Below, in pieces: positions 37,429-45,748 of a DNA stretch of 64,000 bases (position 1 is its first letter; the number at the start of each line of letters is the position of its first letter). The position numbers and the translations under genes are program-made. Source of the stretch: Candidatus Rifleibacteriota bacterium (GTDB taxonomy: Bacteria > Muiribacteriota > Ozemobacteria > Ozemobacterales > Ozemobacteraceae); NCBI GenBank assembly GCA_017417215.1, contig JAFPZP010000083.1:906-64905 (forward strand), in the 5' to 3' direction. The notes beneath the pieces are model-generated. The model saw nothing but the letters and a program-made list of their open reading frames with translations, had not been told where the DNA came from and did no database searches.

Positions 37429-39234
37429 GTGAATTATACTGAAGACAACAAAATCAGATTTTCTTTAAAATTAAAATTTATTTGTGGCATTGCTTTGCTC
37501 GTTGTATTTATTGTTGCATTAAACAGCTACAATTCTTCACAACGAGAATTTAATCTGCTACAAGAAAGTATGGACCAATCTGGTGAATTATTGTCTTCAA
37601 CTCTTGCTATAGCTTGCCAAGGTCCTATTATCAGCCAGTCATACGATGAGTTTATTCCTTATACCGAACGTATAATAGCTGGTGGTCAAGATATTCTAGA
37701 AATATCAGTATTAGACTTAGACGGCAAATATCTGGCTCACAAAGTCAAAGGTGATTCAGAAAGCAAACTAGGTCAAACAATTCCTAACACTCTAAGAGAT
37801 AAAATTGATAAAATAGAATCTACAGAACGTATGCTTTCTGAAAATGGTGAATACGTTGATTATGTTTCACCAATTAAGATTGGAACTTCCAGATTCGGAA
37901 CAGTCATTTTAAGATTTGGTTTTGACCGTCTTGAACAAAACAAGGCAACAAGCAAGAACCACATTTTGTTAATCGCTCTTATTGGTTTTCTTGCAGGTTT
38001 AATTCTAGCTGTAATATTGGCAAAATTCATTACAAAAGGTTTAGATAACTTGATTCGTGGTATTCAAGTCATTGAAAAAGGTGACTTAAGTCATAGAATT
38101 CAAGAAACCTCAAACGACGAAATCGGTCATCTGGCTCATAGTTTTAACTCGATGCTTACAACTCTCGAAGCTAATAACAGAGCTCTTGACAGAAAGATTT
38201 TCGAAATAGAAACACTATTTAAAGCCAGTCAGGCAATGAATTTCCAAAGTGATACAGATAAATTAATCAAACAAATTCTGGAAATGGCAGGCACAGCAAT
38301 ACAGTCAGAACGTTGTTCAATAATGCTTCAGACTGGTGCTGGAACCGATGAATTAGAAACCAAGATTGTCTACAGCATGAAAGACAGCCAGACAATTCAA
38401 CCGGCTTCTACTGTTAAAATTAGAATTGGTGAAGGTGTTGCCGGTACAGTTTTAAAAACTGGTAAGAGTATAATTGTTAATGAAGGTCACAAAGACCCAT
38501 TGTTCAAGAGCTATGAATCTAGTTCATCATACGAAAAAGCAATTAATGCCTTGATTTCTGTTCCTCTTAAAATAAAAGACAGAGTAACAGGTGTTATAAA
38601 TGGTGTTAATAAAATTAATGGTGAAGCATTCAACGATGAAGACCAGAGATTGTTAGAAGCATTAGCTCAGCAGGCAGCAATGGCCGTTGAACATGCTAGA
38701 CTCTATGAATTAGCAATTACAGATGGTTTAACTAAGTTATTCATTCACAGATACTTCCAGGCAAGACTTGAAGAAGAACTTGTAAGAGCCAAACGTTACC
38801 ATACCTGTTGTTCTTTAATATTATTCGATATTGACCACTTCAAGAAGTTCAACGATACTTATGGTCACCAGCAAGGCGATATAGTTCTTATTGAAGTTGC
38901 AAAGATAATCAAGCAAACAGTTCGTGAAACAATCGATATTCCTGCTCGTTACGGCGGCGAAGAATTTGCGATTATTCTTCCTGAAACTGATGCAAACGGA
39001 GCTTTGCTTGTTGCAGAACGTTTGAGAAAGAATGTTGAAGCCTATGATTTCCCAGGTCAGGAAAAAGCATTAAAAGTTACAATTTCTCTTGGTGTTGCTT
39101 CATTCCCAGATCATGCTAGTATAAAGAGTGTTCTCATTAAGAAATCTGACTTAGCATTGTATAAATGTAAGGGCATGGGTAGAAACTGCTGTAAGATTTG
39201 GGACGAAACCTGTACAGAGTGCGAAAAAGAATAA
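37429..39234 (+). CDS. membrane sensor diguanylate cyclase (periplasmic domain-TM-HAMP-GAF-GGDEF)
   Basis: It has two TMs, a HAMP segment (IEKGDLSHRIQETSNDEIGHLAHSFNSM), a GAF-like region, DGLTKLFIHRYF and RYGGEEF. Confidence 0.85.
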   Translation: MNYTEDNKIRFSLKLKFICGIALLVVFIVALNSYNSSQREFNLLQESMDQSGELLSSTLAIACQGPIISQSYDEFIPYTERIIAGGQDILEISVLDLDGKYLAHKVKGDSESKLGQTIPNTLRDKIDKIESTERMLSENGEYVDYVSPIKIGTSRFGTVILRFGFDRLEQNKATSKNHILLIALIGFLAGLILAVILAKFITKGLDNLIRGIQVIEKGDLSHRIQETSNDEIGHLAHSFNSMLTTLEANNRALDRKIFEIETLFKASQAMNFQSDTDKLIKQILEMAGTAIQSERCSIMLQTGAGTDELETKIVYSMKDSQTIQPASTVKIRIGEGVAGTVLKTGKSIIVNEGHKDPLFKSYESSSSYEKAINALISVPLKIKDRVTGVINGVNKINGEAFNDEDQRLLEALAQQAAMAVEHARLYELAITDGLTKLFIHRYFQARLEEELVRAKRYHTCCSLILFDIDHFKKFNDTYGHQQGDIVLIEVAKIIKQTVRETIDIPARYGGEEFAIILPETDANGALLVAERLRKNVEAYDFPGQEKALKVTISLGVASFPDHASIKSVLIKKSDLALYKCKGMGRNCCKIWDETCTECEKE

Positions 39235-40320
39235 ATGTCATTTTTTACCGATTCTCCTATCACATCATGGATAGGTAATCCCTCTGCACCTTTTGATAGC
39301 TCTGCACAAAACCCAGTTAAAGGAAGCAAACTAGAGGGCATAATAAAACCCATAAAAATAGGTAATGTACAGCTTCCAAACAATCTTGTTCTAGCTCCAA
39401 TGGCTGGAGTAACCGATGGTTCTTTCAGGCAGTTGTGTGCCCGATTGGGTGCTGGTTACTCAGTTTCAGAATTAGCTAGTTGCAAAGCTCTTCAGATGAG
39501 AAGTTCCCAAACTATAGAAATGATTAAGTTTGATGGGAACACAGGTCCTTATGCAGTTCAGATTTTTGGTGCTGACCCAGATTTAATGGCTGAAGCAGCT
39601 TCATTTGTAGAATCTTTAAAAATCTGCGATATCATAGATATAAATATGGGTTGCCCAGTATCAAAGGTTGTTAAGACAGGCGCAGGTTCTGCCTTGATGA
39701 AAACCCCAGATTTAGCAGCAAATATCATTAAAAGTGTTTCCAAAGCAGTTAGTTTGCCTGTAACCTGCAAATTCAGAAGTGGTTGGACAGAAAATTCCAT
39801 AAATGTGAAAGAATTTGCTCATGCGGTTATTGAAGCAGGAGCAAAAGCCATAACTGTTCATGCAAGAACCAGACAGGCAATGTACACAGGTTCAGCCAAC
39901 TGGAAGTATTTAGAAGGAATAAAAGAAATAAGCGGTCCCATACCATTTATAGCCAATGGTGATATATGCTCAGAAGATAATGTTATTGAACTTTATGAGA
40001 GAACTGGCTGTGATGGCTTTATGATAGGTCGAGGCTGCGTTGGCAAACCCTGGCTTTATGCTCAGCTTTTAGGTCATACTGAATTATTACAGGAAAACTT
40101 TAGATTTCCTATATTTAAACATCATTTAACAGACATGTTAATGGAACATGGTTCAACTGCAGTTCCTTTATTCAGGGTTCATTTATTCGGCTATCTTAAA
40201 AATCATCCACACTCTGCTTCATTACGTCGAAGCCTCTGCATGGAAAGAAATCCTAATGTGGTTTTACAAGCAGGGAAAGATTTTTTTGATAGAGCCAACC
40301 CCATTGACAGAGAAGCTTAA
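39235..40320 (+). CDS. dus: tRNA-dihydrouridine synthase
   Basis: It has LAPMAGVTDGSFRQLC, DINMGCPVSKV (catalytic Cys) and HARTRQAMYTGSANW. The ATG directly follows the previous stop. Confidence 0.9.
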   Translation: MSFFTDSPITSWIGNPSAPFDSSAQNPVKGSKLEGIIKPIKIGNVQLPNNLVLAPMAGVTDGSFRQLCARLGAGYSVSELASCKALQMRSSQTIEMIKFDGNTGPYAVQIFGADPDLMAEAASFVESLKICDIIDINMGCPVSKVVKTGAGSALMKTPDLAANIIKSVSKAVSLPVTCKFRSGWTENSINVKEFAHAVIEAGAKAITVHARTRQAMYTGSANWKYLEGIKEISGPIPFIANGDICSEDNVIELYERTGCDGFMIGRGCVGKPWLYAQLLGHTELLQENFRFPIFKHHLTDMLMEHGSTAVPLFRVHLFGYLKNHPHSASLRRSLCMERNPNVVLQAGKDFFDRANPIDREA

Positions 40321-40361
40321 GAATGGTAAATTAAAACAAATTTGTTTGATATTGGTTATTT

Positions 40362-41045
40362 ATGTCAAATGTAGATAAAATTCAATTCCTTAGACAGGTT
40401 GACCTATTCAGAAGCTTATCAGAAAAAGCTTTGTTTGAATTGGCTGCAATTACAATAGAACAGACTTATCCCCCTAAAACAATTATATTTAAAGAAGGAG
40501 ATAAGGGTGATGCTCTTTACATTGTAAAAAGCGGTAAAATCAATATTCTTAAAAGAAATAGTCAGGGAATTGATTCAGTTTTAGTATCTCTTGGAAAAGG
40601 CGCTGTTGTAGGCGATATGGCAATCATTGACGAACAGCCCAGATCTGCCACTCTTGCATCAGTTCAAGAAACAATATTCCTAATTATAACCAAAGATGAC
40701 TTCAGAACATTGTTAGGTACTGTTCCAGAAATCTCTTTTCAGATTCTAAAACTGACAACAGAAAGATTAAGAGCTACAAATGCGCACTTAAAAGAATTAG
40801 AAGCATCTACCAATCAGATGGAAGACGTTATCAGAGTTATTACTAACATAGCTAGAAAGAGTAATTTATTATCTCTTAACGCTTCAATTGAAGCAGCCCG
40901 TGTTGGTGAAGCCGGTAAAGCATTTTCTGTTGTTGCAGCCGAAATGAAACGTCTTGCAGAAGATTCAGCACAGGAAGCAAGTAAAATAGACTCATTGCTA
41001 CAAGCCTTGCAGTCTAAGACTAAAGCTATTGCCAATATGAAATAA
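40362..41045 (+). CDS. cNMP-binding domain fused to a minimal MCP signalling (hairpin-tip) segment
   Basis: The N-terminal part has FKEGDKGDALYIVKSGKI...GDMAIIDEQPRSATLAS, a phosphate-binding cassette with R-S-A-T. The C-terminal ~80 aa contain LLSLNASIEAARVGEAGKAFSVVAAEMKRLAEDS, the conserved MCP tip. Confidence 0.75.
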   Translation: MSNVDKIQFLRQVDLFRSLSEKALFELAAITIEQTYPPKTIIFKEGDKGDALYIVKSGKINILKRNSQGIDSVLVSLGKGAVVGDMAIIDEQPRSATLASVQETIFLIITKDDFRTLLGTVPEISFQILKLTTERLRATNAHLKELEASTNQMEDVIRVITNIARKSNLLSLNASIEAARVGEAGKAFSVVAAEMKRLAEDSAQEASKIDSLLQALQSKTKAIANMK

Positions 41046-41138
41046 AATATAATATAATTTACTGAAAAGTAAGAATGGTCATCAGAGTAATTGTTATCAA
41101 ATAAATAAAAAACAACAAAAGAGAGCAGGGAGATTAAA

Positions 41139-41939
41139 ATGTCTCAGTACAAATCACAAATCCAAAATATGTTCTTGTCTCAAGCAAGAAAAAAGCACCA
41201 GAAAATAGAATTAGTCCTTGAAACAGGAACAGTTTTACGTGGAAAACTTAAAGCCTATGATCAATTTTCTGTAACTTTAGGTTTTAAAGACCAATCAGAA
41301 GTTATATATAAATCTTCTATAATATATATGACTATTCTTCCTCCTCTTCACACTCCTGGTTTCGGAAGAAAACCAAGATATGGTTCTAGAGAAGATGGTT
41401 ACAGAAATGACGACGGATACAGAAGAAATTACGATTACGAAGATGATGATAGTGATGAATTAGATTATGAAGAAAACACAAGAGCTCTGAATAGTTATCG
41501 TAAATTAGGCGACGATACTGATAATTATAAAATAGACAACTATTACCGCGATGATAACGATGGTTATAGAAGAGATAATTATCACAGAGATAACGATGGT
41601 TATAGAAGAGATAACAACTACCGCAGAGATAATGACGGTTACAGAAGAGACAACTATCGTAAAGATAATGACAGTTATAGAAGAGATGGTTACCGCAGAG
41701 ATAACGATGGTTATAGAAAAGATAACGGTTATCATAGAAGCGATAATGATGGCTATAAACGCAATTACAATAAAGACGATAATGGTAATCGCTCAGATGG
41801 TTATCAAAAGCCATATTACAGACGCAAAGACGAAGATTACGATAGCAAGCCTATGAATCAAAGAAGACCCTATAATAGAAGAGATGATGACGATGATGAT
41901 CCACCGCCACCAAGAAAAGTCATAGTAAAACGTTATTGA
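41139..41939 (+). CDS. hfq: RNA chaperone Hfq with a ~200-aa Asp/Arg/Tyr-rich repeat tail
   Basis: The Sm fold reads IQNMFLSQARKKHQKIELVLETGTVLRGKLKAYDQFSVTLGFKDQSEVIYKSSIIYM; compare E. coli [56 protein letters not shown]. The tail has about 10 DGYR(R/K)(D/N) units. Confidence 0.85.
   Translation: MSQYKSQIQNMFLSQARKKHQKIELVLETGTVLRGKLKAYDQFSVTLGFKDQSEVIYKSSIIYMTILPPLHTPGFGRKPRYGSREDGYRNDDGYRRNYDYEDDDSDELDYEENTRALNSYRKLGDDTDNYKIDNYYRDDNDGYRRDNYHRDNDGYRRDNNYRRDNDGYRRDNYRKDNDSYRRDGYRRDNDGYRKDNGYHRSDNDGYKRNYNKDDNGNRSDGYQKPYYRRKDEDYDSKPMNQRRPYNRRDDDDDDPPPPRKVIVKRY
41541..41768 (+). repeat. intragenic tandem repeat (~33-36 nt units) encoding (Y)RRDNDGYRRDN
   Basis: gataacgatggttatagaagagataa... 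is repeated. The region is open in 4 of 6 frames, which produces the shadow ORFs 41386..41814, 41505..41735 and 41551..41856. Confidence 0.85.
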
Positions 41940-41943
41940 TAGC

Positions 41944-41982
41944 AAAAAAAAAAAAGCCTGATTTAAATCAGGCTCTTTTTTT
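41944..41982. terminator. bidirectional Rho-independent terminator (hfq and the convergent gene)
   Basis: It reads A12-agcctgattt/aaatcaggct-c-T7, a perfect 10-bp stem flanked by A and T runs. Confidence 0.85.
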
Positions 41983-41999
41983 GCTTTGCTAAATATGTA

Positions 42000-42890
42000 T
42001 TACTCTATTATTATTTCAGGAGGTGCACTTAAGTCTGGTGCTTCTTTATTCGCCTTCTGAACTGCATGAATAGAGACTTGATGAGCTGCATCACATAATT
42101 CACCAAGAGTTATTTCTTCATTAACTCCAAAATGCTCATTAGAAGCTGCAATTTTTATATTATAACTTCTTAAAGCAGATGAAGGAGCTTCCATAATATT
42201 AAATCTAGGAATATCGTTATATGATGAGCCTTTGGTAAAATCTTTATATTTTAGTTCAAACAAATCAGATAAATAAGCAAAAAACATCAACGCGGAATTT
42301 CCTCTTGTTGCATTGTCAGATGCTTTTATTGAACGTTCCTGCTCTAAATAGCTTTCTGCATTTTCCAAAGGATATTTCTTTTTATTTGTTCGATAAGCTA
42401 TATTGTTAAGATTCTTAATCATGATATTTATAACTGCATTTAATTCATTAAAAGAAGCAGTCTTATTTTTATCTTTATCACGGCAGATTTCTTCTAAATC
42501 AGCATCAAGGGATTTTATTATAGTAGAATTCAAAACAGATTCGTCGTAACTTACAGGAACAACAGCTTCTTCTTGGGGTAGAGCTTCTGGGGCATAATAC
42601 TTCATACCCATAGAGCTGAAAGCAAATAAAGCCAATAATGTTCCAAAAGATATTCCAGCAAAGAATCTCTTTATTTTTATCTGTTGGAAAGGATTAAAAA
42701 AGGTATTTAATAGTTTTCTATACCTTACAGAAAAAGTAGTTCCTCTGCCACAGCCACCACAATACTTAGCACTAGGAATATTAAGGTGTCCGCAGTGGTG
42801 ACAAGTTACTTTTACCTGATAGCCACAAATAGAACAATGACCATTACGACTTAAAAGATTATCGCATCTAGGACAAAATGTCTGCCTCAT
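42000..42890 (-). CDS. double zinc-ribbon protein with one TM (296 aa)
   Basis: The N-terminus is CPRCDNLLSRNGHCSICGYQVKVTCHHCGHLNIPSAKYCGGCG, followed by the TM FFAGISFGTLLALFAFSSMG. I do not recognise the C-terminal domain. Confidence 0.55.
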   Translation of the reverse strand: MRQTFCPRCDNLLSRNGHCSICGYQVKVTCHHCGHLNIPSAKYCGGCGRGTTFSVRYRKLLNTFFNPFQQIKIKRFFAGISFGTLLALFAFSSMGMKYYAPEALPQEEAVVPVSYDESVLNSTIIKSLDADLEEICRDKDKNKTASFNELNAVINIMIKNLNNIAYRTNKKKYPLENAESYLEQERSIKASDNATRGNSALMFFAYLSDLFELKYKDFTKGSSYNDIPRFNIMEAPSSALRSYNIKIAASNEHFGVNEEITLGELCDAAHQVSIHAVQKANKEAPDLSAPPEIIIE

Positions 42891-42975
42891 AAAAGTTACC
42901 TTTGAATATAATTATATTCTTTATATCGGCAGAAATAATCTCATATTTTAAAGAGTTTATTTTTCGATGCAACCT

Positions 42976-45348
42976 TTAGCGATAATCTGTATCAAAAATT
43001 ACGCCAGAGTTAGTTTTAGCAGGAGTTGTTCCCTGGGGTATAAATATTCCAGGTTCTCTAATACCGCTAGAAGTATTCGCTGGTGTAGTTGTTGTTCTTT
43101 GTATCCAATTCCCTGCAGAAGGCTGAGCTGAAGTCTGAGGTCTAAGGCTTGCTCCCTGCTGATAGTTGGCACTAAAGAAATCCGATGCACTTACAAAACC
43201 ATTATCAGATTCGCTTGCTTCAGTATTTTCATCAACAGGACGAGTTAAAGCATTATTTCTAGATACAAATTTATAATGTTCACATTTTACCAAGGGTTGT
43301 GATTCTATCGGGAAAACCTGAGTAACTATTTCGTTCTTGGGGCATGAACTAGAAGCAAGTTTACCTGATGTAATGCAGACTTTACAACGAACTCCGCCAT
43401 CTGGAACAGGAAATTCAGACTTAGGATATTTTGTTAAAGCCTTTTCCATAAAATCATGCCATACAGGAGCACAAACATTACCGCCTGCCATACCTTTACC
43501 AAGAGATTTTGGCATATCGTAACCAAACTGAACAATTGTTACCAAATTTGGAGAAATACCATTGAACCAAGCATCTATGTAATCGTTTGTGGTTCCTGTT
43601 TTCCCACCACAGGTCCAACCTGGAACCTTAGCTCTGTAACCAGTACCTTTTTCCAATGCATTTTTCAGAAGGTCACACATCATTGCAGCATTTATGGATT
43701 TCATTACTTCTTGAGCTTTTGGTGTATTTTCTTCAAGAACATTGTCATCTCTATCACATATTTTAGTAATAGCTATAGGCTGACAGTAAATTCCCATATT
43801 GGCAAAAATACCGTAAGCAGATGCCATTTCAAGAGGAGTAAACTGACCAGAACCAAGAGCCAGAGAAAGGTTAGGTTCCATTTGAGAAGTTACACCCATT
43901 TTCTTAGCCATCTTAATAACTTTGGCAGGTGTAAGTTTGTCTATAAGCTTAACAGCGGGAACGTTATAACTTTTTGCCAAAGCTCTCATAAGAGTTACAT
44001 AGCCATGGAACTTATGGTCAGAGTTTCTCGGTGCCCATACTTGTTTTGTCCAAGGATTTGTATATGATATGTATTCATCTAGAATTGTATCATTTGGCAA
44101 ATAACCGTTTTCAAGAGCAGTAGCATAAACGAAAGGTTTAAATGAAGAACCTGGCTGACGATATGCCTGAGTAACTCGGTTAAATTGAGATTTACTGAAA
44201 TCACGGCCGCCATACATAGCTAAGATGTGCCCATTCTTTGGGTCTAAGCAAACAAGTGATCCATTCAAATCTGGTTCTTTATCGATAGGATTCTGAACAA
44301 AAATTGCAGCAGAAGCCATAGCCTGTTCTGCATATTCCTGCAATTCCATATCTATGGTTGTATAAACTTTGAGGCCTCCGTTGTAAACAACGTTAGCACC
44401 ATATTTATCAAGAAGTCTGTCTCTAACATAAGTAGTAAAATAAGGAGCTTTTATTTCTTCCTCTTTCATTGGACAAATAACAGGTTCTTCTTTTTTGGCT
44501 TCATCATATTGAGCAGGAGTAATAAAACCTAATTCGACCATTTTAGAGAGCACAAGACCACGACGTTCTTTATTGGCTTTAGGATGTCTTACTGGTTCAT
44601 ATTGAGTAGGGCTCTTAGGAATGCTAGCAAGCATAGCACATTCGCATATTGTCATATCTTTGGGATTCTTTTTCCCGAAATATATTTCTGATGCAGCTGC
44701 TAACCCATAAGCCCCGTGACCGAAATAAATTTCATTGAGGTAAAGAGTTAGAATTTCATCTTTTGAGTATTTTCTTTCAAGCTGAAAAGCCATCATAGCT
44801 TCAATAGCTTTACGCTTAAAGGTTTTTTCACTGGTTAAAAATGCATTCTTTACTAACTGCTGTGTAAGAGTTGAAGCCCCTTGCTTAACTTTTCCTGCTT
44901 TAATGTTGCTAAGCATTGCACGGGTAATACCAAGGATGTCAATGCCATAATGCTGGTAAAAACGTTCGTCTTCGATAGCAACAATAGCATGCTTCATGTT
45001 ATCAGGTATTTCTTGGCTAGAAAGAATCTTAGTTCGGTTTTCTTCTGCATGAAGCTTTGCCAACACCTTACCATTACGGTCGTAAACCTGAGTTGTAAGA
45101 TTTGGTCTATATGAACTGTCAGAAATAATAGGAATCTTTTCAGAGAAACCCTTAACAATTCCTATTACTGCTCCAGTAATAATAATTATAGCAATAACAC
45201 TGAAAACGAATCCCAGTTTAAAGAAGAACCATAACCAGCCAATTACCTTCTGGGTAATGGTCTCGGACTCATCTTCTTCCTCGTCTTCATCTTCTTCGTT
45301 GAGGTCTTCTTCTAATTCATCCGGTTCATTACCGTCATCGAAAAGCAT
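42976..45348 (-). CDS. mrcA: class A penicillin-binding protein (transglycosylase + transpeptidase)
   Basis: The GT51 motifs are AIEDERFYQHYGID and GASTLTQQLVKN. The transpeptidase motifs are GSSFKP (SxxK) and KTGTT. It has an acidic N-terminus plus a TM, and a low-complexity C-terminal tail. Confidence 0.93.
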   Translation of the reverse strand: MLFDDGNEPDELEEDLNEEDEDEEEDESETITQKVIGWLWFFFKLGFVFSVIAIIIITGAVIGIVKGFSEKIPIISDSSYRPNLTTQVYDRNGKVLAKLHAEENRTKILSSQEIPDNMKHAIVAIEDERFYQHYGIDILGITRAMLSNIKAGKVKQGASTLTQQLVKNAFLTSEKTFKRKAIEAMMAFQLERKYSKDEILTLYLNEIYFGHGAYGLAAASEIYFGKKNPKDMTICECAMLASIPKSPTQYEPVRHPKANKERRGLVLSKMVELGFITPAQYDEAKKEEPVICPMKEEEIKAPYFTTYVRDRLLDKYGANVVYNGGLKVYTTIDMELQEYAEQAMASAAIFVQNPIDKEPDLNGSLVCLDPKNGHILAMYGGRDFSKSQFNRVTQAYRQPGSSFKPFVYATALENGYLPNDTILDEYISYTNPWTKQVWAPRNSDHKFHGYVTLMRALAKSYNVPAVKLIDKLTPAKVIKMAKKMGVTSQMEPNLSLALGSGQFTPLEMASAYGIFANMGIYCQPIAITKICDRDDNVLEENTPKAQEVMKSINAAMMCDLLKNALEKGTGYRAKVPGWTCGGKTGTTNDYIDAWFNGISPNLVTIVQFGYDMPKSLGKGMAGGNVCAPVWHDFMEKALTKYPKSEFPVPDGGVRCKVCITSGKLASSSCPKNEIVTQVFPIESQPLVKCEHYKFVSRNNALTRPVDENTEASESDNGFVSASDFFSANYQQGASLRPQTSAQPSAGNWIQRTTTTPANTSSGIREPGIFIPQGTTPAKTNSGVIFDTDYR

Positions 45349-45485
45349 GCCTTACCACCCTTAAATCAATTTGAAACATTTTACTAAATTATTAGTCATT
45401 TGTACATATCGGAATAATATTTATTTAAAATGAAATATTTTTTTCTCCCATCTCACTGCAACCCTATACACCCTATCCATTAACA

Positions 45486-45660
45486 GGGCAAATGCAAACT
45501 TTTTTAGCTATTAATCAGTATTTATTTGTTTTTAGCCTACCCATTGTCATAAACGTATAGCTTTCAGGGCTAAAGCCCATACGCTATACGTTTTATGACA
45601 AATGTGTAGGCAATTAGCACAGAAAGCCTTATCAATAAAAGAAAAAATTTGCGTTTGCCC
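45486..45660. repeat. outer inverted repeat enclosing family A copy 4 (nested palindrome)
   Basis: gggcaaatgcaaactttttt (45486-45505) pairs with aaaaaatttgcgtttgccc (45642-45660). The 73-nt element 45537-45609 lies at the centre. Confidence 0.75.
45537..45609. repeat. family A 73-nt palindromic element, copy 4
   Basis: The sequence is ctacccattgtcataaacgtatagctttcagggctaaagcccatacgctatacgttttatgacaaatgtgtag. Its flanks are aatcagtatttatttgtttttagc and gcaattagca. Confidence 0.9.
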
Positions 45661-45681
45661 CCTATACCATAAAATAATTGA

Positions 45682-45710
45682 TTGCCGTAACAATGACATT
45701 GTTGTATATT
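45682..45710 (+). promoter_or_regulatory. possible trpS promoter (TTGCCG-17-TATATT)
   Basis: The sequence is TTGCCGtaacaatgacattgttgTATATT, with AAGGAG 7 nt before the ATG at 45749. Confidence 0.3.
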
Positions 45711-45748
45711 GGAGTCTCTAAAAAATCATTCTTTCAAGGAGTTCTTAT

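Noticed and set aside
41386-41856. Three overlapping ORFs (41386..41814 -, 41505..41735 -, 41551..41856 +) inside hfq
   Set aside because: They are artefacts of the stop-free tandem repeat that encodes the Hfq tail. Their translations are monotonous (ITV/IVI/YNH strings), and only the hfq frame connects to a recognisable domain and an RBS.
43337-45114. The + strand ORFs 43337..43522, 43456..44067 (203 aa) and 44881..45114
   Set aside because: They are antisense to the PBP1A gene, whose frame carries all the GT51 and transpeptidase motifs.
45349-45748. T-box or other leader riboswitch upstream of trpS
   Set aside because: I found no T-box-like GGTGGTACCGCG-type sequence and no terminator/antiterminator pair. 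The region is instead occupied by the family A element and its outer inverted repeat.
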